Shown piece by piece: positions 1 to 8,597 of a DNA stretch of 64,000 nt (position 1 is the first letter of the stretch; every line of letters begins with the position of its first letter). The stretch covers positions 1-64,000 of the forward strand of contig BTVI01000015.1 in NCBI GenBank assembly GCA_045862955.1. The letters are read 5' to 3'. The stretch comes from Fimbriimonadales bacterium. Lineage in GTDB: Bacteria; Armatimonadota; Fimbriimonadia; Fimbriimonadales; JABRVX01. Made by a program: the position numbers and the translations under genes. A model generated the notes under the pieces. That model saw only the letters and a list, made by a program, of their open reading frames with translations. It made no database searches and was not told the origin of the DNA.

Positions 1-60
1 GGGCATGAGTTGCCACCCCCCCTGGCCTGCGTATCAAAGTCTGAGTCAGGATCCAGATCT

Positions 61-1185
61 TCACTGCGAGAACAACCTCACCAGACCGAAGGTGAGGACC
101 GCGTTCAGCACCTTGTCCCAGTCGCCGCGCCGGTTCGCCGATACTACCACGATATCACCATCTCGCACGATCGGATTCGCCGTCTCGTCTCCGGTCTTTA
201 GGTAGCGGTGGAAGTTCACAATGCGCTTCGGGGCGTTCGGATCGCTTGCACGCAGTATCGCTATATTGGAGTTGATGCCAGACTTCAGCACACCGCCGGC
301 CTGCGCGAGAGCATCCGACAGTCGAGACTCCCGCTCCTCTGGCAACGGATACCAGCCCGGCGAGCCGACTTCTCCGAATACTGCTACCTTCGACGCAACG
401 GGTGGAATCGTGAGGACGTCGTCCTGCTGCATGGCGACATCCTTCTCCACGTCTCCTTCCACTAACACCTTGTGCAGGTTCACTTGCACCTTTTCGCTGC
501 CACCGCGGGTGATGTATGCCCGGCTCAGGGATGCGTTCTCCAGGTGACCACCCGCGCGGGCCAGAGCCTGCACCGTGGTCATCCCTTCATCAATCTCCAC
601 TAACCCGGGGGTCTTGACGGCGCCCGCCACGTACACGCGCAGCGTCTTCTTCGCCATCACGCTGATGGTATCACCGTCACGGAGAAGCAGATTGGCAGCA
701 CCCGCGCCCTCTCGCAAAACCTCGGCCAGGTCTAGCACCACGTCGTCGGCTCCCACGCGGAATAGCCTGCACACCGTTTGCTCGGCAGGCACCGTCAGCC
801 CACCCGCAGCGGCAACCGCTTCGCTAACACGCCATCGCGGCAGTAAGGTCAGCACCCCTGGGGTCTGCACCAAGCCGATAACGCTAACACGCTTGGGCCG
901 AGCGGCTACCAGTGTTACGTATAAGCTGGGGTTGTTCAGACGCGCCGATGCCCTCTCCGTCAGCTCGCGCTGCACTTCTGAGATGCTCTTGCCTAGCACG
1001 TTCAACTCTCCCAGCAGAGGGAAGTTGATCACTCCCGATTCGGGCACGACGAATCTCCCCGCATACTCCTCGTGCCGCGCGACTGCCACCGAAATCTCGT
1101 CGTAGGCACCGAGCACGTAGGTGCCTTCCACCTGCGAGAAAGCCAAGCAGCACAGACCTAACACGAGCATTGCAGCTATCCTCAT
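61..1185 (-). CDS. Polysaccharide export protein (Wza/Poly_export + SLBB repeats)
   Basis: Signal peptide MRIAAMLVLGL, Poly_export motif YVLGAYDEISVAV...GVINFPLLGELNVLGKS, three SLBB repeats (VxGxVxxPG...ALAxAGG). Start trimmed to the ATG at 1185, which overlaps the upstream stop. Confidence 0.85.
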   Translation of the reverse strand: MRIAAMLVLGLCCLAFSQVEGTYVLGAYDEISVAVARHEEYAGRFVVPESGVINFPLLGELNVLGKSISEVQRELTERASARLNNPSLYVTLVAARPKRVSVIGLVQTPGVLTLLPRWRVSEAVAAAGGLTVPAEQTVCRLFRVGADDVVLDLAEVLREGAGAANLLLRDGDTISVMAKKTLRVYVAGAVKTPGLVEIDEGMTTVQALARAGGHLENASLSRAYITRGGSEKVQVNLHKVLVEGDVEKDVAMQQDDVLTIPPVASKVAVFGEVGSPGWYPLPEERESRLSDALAQAGGVLKSGINSNIAILRASDPNAPKRIVNFHRYLKTGDETANPIVRDGDIVVVSANRRGDWDKVLNAVLTFGLVRLFSQ

Positions 1186-3032
1186 GCCGCAGCCTCCCTC
1201 AGCTTCTCTTCCATCGGGGCAACCAGCGCTATTCCGAGCACCGCGTCCCGCGGCAGAGCAGCCAACAACTCCTCCTCGACTCGGTCGGCCGAGGCGCCTT
1301 GCTCCACCACGAGCAGTACCCGGTCCGCCACCCTGGCCGATCTCCCCGAGCCCCATAGGGGCTGCTCGGCAATCACGAGGCCTCCCCGTGCCAGCCACTC
1401 GTGCACCCGTGCATCCATAGCAGGCTCACCTAGCCTGCAGACCGGAACCTCACCCGGTACTGCCGTCGCGTCGCTCACCAGCAACGGCTGGACACCAGCT
1501 CGAATCGCGGCACTGGCCAGGGCGCTCCCCAGGCTGTGCACGTCTCCGAGCAAAAGGAGATGCCTCCACGACGCTCCCGCCCCACACAGCACCAATCGGC
1601 TCCAGAGGCCGTCGGCTGCATCCACGGAGAGCGGAACCTCGTACAGACCCAGGCAAGGAAGCTGCAACAAGTCGCGCGCGTCACGTGCGGTCTTCACCCG
1701 TCGGTCCATCCCCTCCGTCACCACGCAGGCGGTCAGTGAGAGTACGCAGGCCATCAACAGACCCACCGCAGACCACAGCACGGGCCTGGGTCGGGACTTC
1801 CGAATCGGCGGCGTGGCGGCCTCGATCACCTGGGGCCGCATCGCGCCGGCGTACTGCTGAACCTTCAGTTCTTCGTACCGAGCAGTCAGCGCCCCCCAGA
1901 CCTTAGTGAGTGCCTCACGCTCGCGAGACAGCTCTGCAAGGCGATGGGACAGCCCTGGAATTGCCGAGACCTCCGATCGCAGTCTTCCGACCTGCTCGCC
2001 TAGACTGCGCAGCTTCGCCCCCAACGATGCCGCCGCCGCCTCGTCGGCCACGAGCATCTCCAGCGCCTTCTGCCTGACGGGGTTGGCCTGCTCCTCACGT
2101 TCGGCTCGAAGCAGGTCGCCGTCTACGGCCCCAGCCAGCGCCTCTCGCAGCGAAGCCTCCGTGGAAGCAATTTCCGTCTCGAGAACCTTCACCTCTGGCT
2201 GGTCCGGCTTATACTCGTACAAAGCGGCGGCGCGCCGAGCGTGCAGATCGTTCAGCTTCGAGCGAAGAGCCTCCACCACGGCGGAGGTTCGAAACACTTC
2301 TCGCCCCTGAACTTGTGGGCTAAGCGCTGCGATCTTCTCGCGGAGCACCCGACCTTCGCTCACCAGCCGTGTAGCCTCCAGCCGTGTGCTCTGCTCGGCT
2401 TGCAGGGCTTGGTCCAGCCTCGTCACCGCCCCCTGCATCTCGAGCTCCGGGACGGCCAAGCGGTTCTCCTGCAGCCATGCAGTCAACTCGGCTTCCTTGG
2501 CCTCCAGGCGCTTCTCGACCTCGATCAGTCGGCGTTTCACATCGCCCGCCGCAGTGTCGGACTCTGCGTCGTGTCGCCGAGCTTGGTCCTCTCGGTACGC
2601 TTCTACCAAGGCGTTCACGATATCGGCCGCTTGCTGCGCAGTGTCCCCCTCCGCGCTTACCTTCACCACGTCGGTCAGCTTCGGGTGCATGAGCGACACG
2701 CGTTTTCGCAGGTCCTCGGGCCGCCAATCCAGGTCGAGGCGTTCGATGACCTTCTCCAGGTTGGGCCGGGCCGCAATCACCTCGAGCTGGGTCTCCGGAG
2801 AGGGGCCCGCGCTGAGCCCCGTTATCTCGGAGACCACCGCCCCGGCGGCCCCTAGGCCCGAGGTCGGAGTGAGCAGCAGGGTGGAAGTAGCCGTGTAACG
2901 CGGCGGCACGAACAAGATGAGAGCAACCGTCACCGCCAGCACCGTTAGGAAGACCCCGAGTGCCAGTCGTCGGTGTTTGCGGAGTAAGTAGATGTAGTCC
3001 TGCGGGAAACGCAACCCGTCCTCCCTTATCAC
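1182..3032 (-). CDS. Polysaccharide co-polymerase / chain-length determinant (Wzc/GumC-like) with degenerate kinase domain
   Basis: N-terminal TM followed by PPRYTATSTLLL, long coiled-coil periplasmic region, VIEAATPPIRKSRP plus second TM. Start codon uncertain (GTG 3032 or up to 3077). Confidence 0.8.
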   Translation of the reverse strand: MIREDGLRFPQDYIYLLRKHRRLALGVFLTVLAVTVALILFVPPRYTATSTLLLTPTSGLGAAGAVVSEITGLSAGPSPETQLEVIAARPNLEKVIERLDLDWRPEDLRKRVSLMHPKLTDVVKVSAEGDTAQQAADIVNALVEAYREDQARRHDAESDTAAGDVKRRLIEVEKRLEAKEAELTAWLQENRLAVPELEMQGAVTRLDQALQAEQSTRLEATRLVSEGRVLREKIAALSPQVQGREVFRTSAVVEALRSKLNDLHARRAAALYEYKPDQPEVKVLETEIASTEASLREALAGAVDGDLLRAEREEQANPVRQKALEMLVADEAAAASLGAKLRSLGEQVGRLRSEVSAIPGLSHRLAELSREREALTKVWGALTARYEELKVQQYAGAMRPQVIEAATPPIRKSRPRPVLWSAVGLLMACVLSLTACVVTEGMDRRVKTARDARDLLQLPCLGLYEVPLSVDAADGLWSRLVLCGAGASWRHLLLLGDVHSLGSALASAAIRAGVQPLLVSDATAVPGEVPVCRLGEPAMDARVHEWLARGGLVIAEQPLWGSGRSARVADRVLLVVEQGASADRVEEELLAALPRDAVLGIALVAPMEEKLREAAA

Positions 3033-3213
3033 ACGTGCCGCCACGTCTCCACGCGATCGCGTGGCAAAACTTAACAATCTGCTTCAATGGTTGGCACTCC
3101 CGAGGGGGTTCTTTAGCCGAGAGTCTCAGGTAGAGGGGCGTACGAGTCTGGGTTCCGGAGGCGGCCACCCGTGGCTCCGGTTCGCGTCCGCGCCAATTCG
3201 AGGAGGCAAGGCG

Positions 3214-5319
3214 ATGAGCATTCGGGGGATTCTCGCTGCGTTGTTGACGGGAGCCGTTGTGAGTGGGGGTGCACTGCCAATAGGCTGGCCCACCGGTTTG
3301 GAAAACGCAGGCATCGGTGGGCGAGCCGAGCTGCGAGCGGTCTCGGAAGGGCTGCTGACCAAATGGCCGACTGCTAGGCAGGCGACTGACGGGTACTACC
3401 TCGTGCAACTACTCTCCACGCCGACCGAATCCATGCGCTCGAAGTTGGAATCCGTCGGTGTTAGGCTGGACGAGTACGTGCCGCACAACGCCTACCTGGC
3501 CCGTGTGCCGGCATCTGCCCTCTCGCGCGTACGATCGCTCCCTGGAGTGTGGCACGTCACACCCTATGTTCCTGCGCTTCGCGTCAGCCCCGACCTCGCT
3601 GAGAAGCTCTCGGCTCCCATCGCTGGGAGCCCGTTGGTAGTGGGTGCGCGCCTCCGAATCGGAGTCGAGGTTTTCTCCGATGCCGACCTAGATGCGATTC
3701 GCTCGCGCGTGCTGCAGTTCGGAGGTAAGCTGTTAGCCCAGACCGACACGCCCACAGGCCCGACCTGGCTGCTGGACCTACCCGCCACCGCGGTGGCAGA
3801 CCTCGTGTGTGCTCCCGGCGTCAAGTGGGTGAGTGAGGCCGAGCTGCCGCAGACGCAAAACAGCATTGCCAGAATCCTCTGCGGGGCCGACCCCGGCGGC
3901 GTGCGATACGCCACCGCGACGTATCTGTTCGGAGAGGGCGAAGTGGTCGCGGTGGTGGACACTGGACTCGACACTGGCAATCCGCTTACCATACACCCCG
4001 ACTTCGCAGGGCGAATCGTGAACGGTTGGGGTTGGGGTACCGGCAGCTGGGCTGACCTCGACGGGCACGGCACCCACACGGCAGGCTCCGTGCTCGGCAG
4101 CGGCCTGTCTTCCGGCTCGGACCCCGGAGCCCATCAGTATGCCGGCTCACACGCCGGCATCGCACCCGAGGCACAGCTCAGCTTTCACGCCGTTGCGGAT
4201 GACACGGGCTCGCTCGTCGGCCTGTACAGCTTCAACACGATCATGGCAACCGCATACTCCGATGGCGCGCGCGTGTGCAGCAATAGCTGGGGCTCGGATG
4301 CTGCGGGCATCTACGACTATTGGGCGAGGCTGGCAGACAGTTTCGCATCTGCCTATCCCGACTTCCTGATGGTGTTCGCTGCAGGCAACGCCGGGAAGGA
4401 CAGAGACGGCAACGGTGTCATAGACCTCGGCTCGATTGGCTCACCCGCACTAGCCAAGAACGTGCTCGCCGTGGGAGCTAGCGAGAACAACGAGATCGGA
4501 CGCACTTCCGCAAACCGACTGAACTGGAACTACAATCGTTTCGGCTACCTGGCAGGTCCTATTGCCGGGGACTCGATCGCCGACCACCCGAGCGGGATTG
4601 CGGCATTCAGTAGTCGTGGGCCCACTCGAGACGGTCGCATCAAGCCCGATCTGGTAGCACCCGGCACGGCTATCATCTCCACGCGCTCGAGTCTGACGAC
4701 TAGTGGCTACAACAAAGTGCTAAACGACTACTACGCGATCGCGAGCGGAACGAGCATGGCAACTCCACTGGTGGCGGGCGCAGCGGCTGTCGTCAGGCAG
4801 CACCTGCGCGAAAATCTCGGTATCACCGATCCCCCATCCGCTTTGCTCAAGGCGATCTTGATGGCGAGTACGCGCGACCTCTCTCCCGGGCAATACGGAA
4901 CCGGCACCCAGCGCGAGATACCACCTGCACCTAACAACGTGGAAGGGTTCGGGCGCATGGATGTCGCTGCTGCCACTGGTCCGGCACTGAAGGTGCTAGC
5001 TGTCAACGACTCGATACGCCACGGGCGGTATGCAGACTACGTGGTGAACGTGCCCGGAGGCAAGCCCGAGATGCGCGTGGTGCTGGTGTGGACCGATCCT
5101 CCTGGCGCGAGTACTTCTAGCTTCCAGCTTGTCAACGATCTGGACCTGAGCGTGTACGCGCCAGACGGCAAGCGATACATCAGCCGCCTGCGGCGCGACA
5201 ACATGGAGACGCTCTACTTCGCCAACCCGGTGCCCGGCCAGTGGAAGTTTCGCGTCACCGGCGCAAAGGTGAAGACGTCGTCTCAGACCTATTCCTTGGC
5301 CCTGTTCTGGCGCTGGTAG
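3214..5319 (+). CDS. Secreted S8 (subtilisin, KP-43-like) serine protease
   Basis: Catalytic motifs VVDTG, HGTHTAG, SGTSMATP; FAAGNAG; FSSRGPTRDGRIKPDLVAPG; C-terminal LVWTDPPG...NDLDL beta domain; signal peptide starting MSIRGIL. Confidence 0.92.
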   Translation: MSIRGILAALLTGAVVSGGALPIGWPTGLENAGIGGRAELRAVSEGLLTKWPTARQATDGYYLVQLLSTPTESMRSKLESVGVRLDEYVPHNAYLARVPASALSRVRSLPGVWHVTPYVPALRVSPDLAEKLSAPIAGSPLVVGARLRIGVEVFSDADLDAIRSRVLQFGGKLLAQTDTPTGPTWLLDLPATAVADLVCAPGVKWVSEAELPQTQNSIARILCGADPGGVRYATATYLFGEGEVVAVVDTGLDTGNPLTIHPDFAGRIVNGWGWGTGSWADLDGHGTHTAGSVLGSGLSSGSDPGAHQYAGSHAGIAPEAQLSFHAVADDTGSLVGLYSFNTIMATAYSDGARVCSNSWGSDAAGIYDYWARLADSFASAYPDFLMVFAAGNAGKDRDGNGVIDLGSIGSPALAKNVLAVGASENNEIGRTSANRLNWNYNRFGYLAGPIAGDSIADHPSGIAAFSSRGPTRDGRIKPDLVAPGTAIISTRSSLTTSGYNKVLNDYYAIASGTSMATPLVAGAAAVVRQHLRENLGITDPPSALLKAILMASTRDLSPGQYGTGTQREIPPAPNNVEGFGRMDVAAATGPALKVLAVNDSIRHGRYADYVVNVPGGKPEMRVVLVWTDPPGASTSSFQLVNDLDLSVYAPDGKRYISRLRRDNMETLYFANPVPGQWKFRVTGAKVKTSSQTYSLALFWRW

Positions 5320-5346
5320 GGTTCGCCGCTCTCGACTGGCTGCACT

Positions 5347-5378
5347 CGATGCCTCCACCGCGCGCGGTGGAGGCATCG
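5347..5378. terminator. Perfect 32-bp palindrome downstream of the protease (terminator or REP-like hairpin)
   Basis: CGATGCCTCCACCGCGCGCGGTGGAGGCATCG is its own reverse complement; no U-tract follows. Confidence 0.5.
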
Positions 5379-5460
5379 GTCCTATGCCCTTGCGGTTCGG
5401 CGAGAGCCTGCACTTGACGAACAATGGGTGCTAGTGCCCGCCCGCACCCGATACCCCCTC

Positions 5461-5972
5461 CCGTCATGCTGAGCCTGTCGAAGCATGCCCTCGCCATCCG
5501 CATGGTAGTATCGCGAATCCGTCATGCTGAGCCTGTCGAAGCATGCGATCGCCTGCCGTATGGTAGTATCGCGAATCCGTCATGCTGAGCCTGTCGAAGC
5601 ATGCCCTCTCCATCCGCATGGTAGCATCGTGAATCCGTCATGCTGAGCCTGTCGAAGCATGCGATCGCCTGCCGTATGGTAGTATCGCGAATCCGTCATG
5701 CTGAGCCTGTCGAAGCATGCCCTCGCCATCCGCATGGTAGTATCGCGAATCCGTCATGCTGAGCCTGTCGAAGCATGCCCTCGCCATCCGCATGGTAGCA
5801 TCGTGAATCCGTCATGCTGAGCCTGACGAAGCATGCGATCGCCTGCCACATGGTAGTATCGCGAATCCGTCATGCTGAGCCTGTCGAAGCATGCGATCGC
5901 CTGCCACATGGTAGTATCGCGAATCCGTCATGCTGAGCCTGTCGAAGCATGCCCTCGCCATCCGCATGGTAG
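5461..5972. repeat. Tandem array of 58-bp units (8 full + 1 partial) built on a 28-bp REP-like palindromic core
   Basis: CCGTCATGCTGAGCCTGTCGAAGCATGC starts at 5461, 5519, 5577, 5635, 5693, 5751, 5809, 5867 and 5925; the 30-bp linkers are variants of two types. Confidence 0.95.
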
Positions 5973-6326
5973 TTACCATGCCTGGACGTCTCGGCAGCCC
6001 CCTGCCACCACGCTCCTGCTCCCGCAGCCGCCCGAGCAGCCGAACGTGGAGGCACAGACCTAAGCACCGCGCCGAAGCAATACTCGGACTAGCGCTGTAG
6101 CCGCACGCTCCCCGAACAGGCCAGGCTATGGCTCAGGGCCTGCCCGCCACGGAGCCGTCAGCGCGCCCCGACCCGTCTGGGCACTGATTCCGCTGGGCAG
6201 CAGACCTGCCGCAGAACCCGCACCAAAGTTAGCCGGACGCCCGCCCGCAGGTTGTCACGCCGTCCCCGCCAGCCTAGCCTGGACCCCCGAAAGCCCCGAA
6301 GTGCAATAATGTGGGGTCGTTGCGAT

Positions 6327-8597
6327 ATGACTGTAAAGCCTAAGGTTCTCGTCGTCGGACCCGTCCCGCCGCCCGTAGGTGGCGTGGAAACACAGATCTC
6401 CACGCTACTCGAATCCCCCTTGCGCGAGCGCTTCGACCTGGTGCACTGCAACACCAGCAAGGCGAGGCCCAAGCAGACTCAGGGCAAGTTCGACTTCGGA
6501 AACATCGTCTGGGCGCTACGCCACTTCCGAAGGCTTCGCGCCGACATTCGTGAGCACAAGCCCGACGTCGTGTACATGCCTGTGTCTTCGACACATGCGG
6601 GCTTTCTTCGCGATGCGGTGTTCGCGGTGATCGTGAATCGGCATCGCCGCCTCCTCGTCGGCCACGTACACGGTGGCGACTTCGACCGCCTGTATGCAAC
6701 GGTGAGCAGACCGTTCCAAAGGGTGATTGTCCGAACGCTGAACCGTTGCGACGTGGTGTGCGCCCTCGGAACGATGTGGGAGAAGCTGTTCCGCTCGGTG
6801 GGCGTCCGCTCCGCAGTACGTATCGTTCCCCCTACCAGCTACCGTGTGGTATTCGAGAGAGGCGAAACCGTGGTGCGCTCGCCCGATGGCCCGAGCGGCA
6901 AGAATGGGCAGCCTGTTACCATCCTCTTCGTGGGTCAGGTGGGACGGCGCAAGGGCGCCTTCGACATCCTCGCTGCGGCCGAGTCGATCCGACAACGTGC
7001 GCCTACGAGCAGGCTACTGATGGTCGGCCCAGACGAGTTCGCGGGTGAGTGGGAGCAAGTGATGGCGGAGGTGGACCGACGTGGGCTGAAGGACTACATC
7101 GAGTTCACGGGCCCGCTACAGGGAGAGGACTTGCTTGCCGCCTATGCGCGAGGCGACCTGCTGCTACTACCGTCCTACCACGAAGGCTTCCCTGCGGTGC
7201 TCATCGAGGCTGGCGCGTTCGGAGCACCGGTCGTCACCACACCAGTGGGCGCTGTTAGAGATTATGTAACGGACGGCGAGAATGGCTATTTCGTAGAGCC
7301 GGGCAACCCCGATCAGATTGCTGACCGGGTCGTAGAGTTATGCAACGACTCCCTGAAGCGCTACCAGATGGGTATGTGTAATCGTGAGCGGGCGAGAGCC
7401 TACCATCCGGACTCGATCGCCGCAAGCGTCGGAGACGCCATCCAGCTCGCCTTGGACCTGCCTCCACAGCGGAGAGCCCTCGGCAAGAGACCCCGTGTCC
7501 TGTTGGTGGGTCCGATCCCGCCTCCCGTCGGCGGAGTCGAATCCGTGACACGATGCCTCCTCGATTCGGACCTTCGGTCCGATTTCGACGTGATCCACTG
7601 CGACACGTCACGACGACAGACCAAGGAGCACGTGAGCCGCCTGACGCTGCTTAATGTGCTCTGGGCGACGTTCTACTCGTTACGATATACCTATCTGGTG
7701 CTGCGACACATGCCACACATCGTGCACATCCCGATGGTGTCCCTACGTCTGCCCTTCATTCGCGACGCGGGACTCACCCTATTCGGACGCTTGTGTCGTC
7801 GCAAGGTGGTGTTGCACAGCCATGACGGGTACCTGCCAGAAGTGTACGGACGCGCAGGCCCGCTGTGGCGTAAGCTGATGATATGGATCTTCAACCGCTC
7901 GGAGCGATTGGTAACACTAACCGATTCTTGGAAGCGGTTCTTCGAGGAGCGGGGCGTCACACGTCCAATAGACGTTGTCCACAATCCCTTGGACGACATG
8001 TTCGGTGACGTGACGAGCTATCGCACTACCAACCAGAACCGACCGTGGACCGTGCTCTTCGTGGGTGCGATCTGTCGGGACAAAGGCGTGCCAGACCTGC
8101 TAGAGGCTGCGAAGCGGGTACTCGAAGTGCGTCCGGACATCCGCTTCCGATTGGTAGGTCCTGGTCGCTTCGTAGGTGAGTGGGCTGCTATGGTCAGGGA
8201 GCGAGGCAGGTTGGGGCTGGACGAGTTCGTGGAGATGCCTGGCAGTCTGCAAGGGGCCGACCTGCTACGCGCTTATGCCGATGCCGACTGCTTCGTACTT
8301 CCCACCTACAAGGAAGGCATGCCGGTGGTGCTTCTGGAAGCGATGGCCGCAGGCCTAGTGCTGATCACGACCGATGTAGGTGGCATATTGGACCTGGTGG
8401 AAGACGGTGTGAACGGTTTCGTCCTTAGGCCGGGTGATGTGGACGGCCTTACCAGTCGCATTCTCGCCATCGCGCAGGATCCGGAAAAGTACCGGTGGAT
8501 GGGTGAGGAGAACCGGCGAAAGGTTCTCTCACATTACATGGCCCACGCCGTTGCCGAGCAGATGGCCGAGGTGTACCGAAGGGTGCTGCAGCAGTGA
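6327..8597 (+). CDS. Tandem (double) GT4-family glycosyltransferase
   Basis: Two GT-B modules, each starting VL(V/L)VGP(V/I)PPPVGGVE and each with an E-x7-E motif (EGFPAVLIE, EGMPVVLLE). Confidence 0.9.
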   Translation: MTVKPKVLVVGPVPPPVGGVETQISTLLESPLRERFDLVHCNTSKARPKQTQGKFDFGNIVWALRHFRRLRADIREHKPDVVYMPVSSTHAGFLRDAVFAVIVNRHRRLLVGHVHGGDFDRLYATVSRPFQRVIVRTLNRCDVVCALGTMWEKLFRSVGVRSAVRIVPPTSYRVVFERGETVVRSPDGPSGKNGQPVTILFVGQVGRRKGAFDILAAAESIRQRAPTSRLLMVGPDEFAGEWEQVMAEVDRRGLKDYIEFTGPLQGEDLLAAYARGDLLLLPSYHEGFPAVLIEAGAFGAPVVTTPVGAVRDYVTDGENGYFVEPGNPDQIADRVVELCNDSLKRYQMGMCNRERARAYHPDSIAASVGDAIQLALDLPPQRRALGKRPRVLLVGPIPPPVGGVESVTRCLLDSDLRSDFDVIHCDTSRRQTKEHVSRLTLLNVLWATFYSLRYTYLVLRHMPHIVHIPMVSLRLPFIRDAGLTLFGRLCRRKVVLHSHDGYLPEVYGRAGPLWRKLMIWIFNRSERLVTLTDSWKRFFEERGVTRPIDVVHNPLDDMFGDVTSYRTTNQNRPWTVLFVGAICRDKGVPDLLEAAKRVLEVRPDIRFRLVGPGRFVGEWAAMVRERGRLGLDEFVEMPGSLQGADLLRAYADADCFVLPTYKEGMPVVLLEAMAAGLVLITTDVGGILDLVEDGVNGFVLRPGDVDGLTSRILAIAQDPEKYRWMGEENRRKVLSHYMAHAVAEQMAEVYRRVLQQ

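Noticed and set aside
2320..3408. Long alternative-frame ORFs (e.g. 2320-3408, 10515-11609, 21742-22773, 58143-59054)
   Set aside because: Arg/Gly/Pro-rich shadow ORFs overlapping well-supported genes, expected in high-GC DNA.
5461..5972. CRISPR array (28-bp palindromic repeat + 30-bp spacers)
   Set aside because: The spacers are near-identical variants of two sequences, the core recurs elsewhere as a dispersed and inverted element, and there are no cas genes or AT-rich leader.
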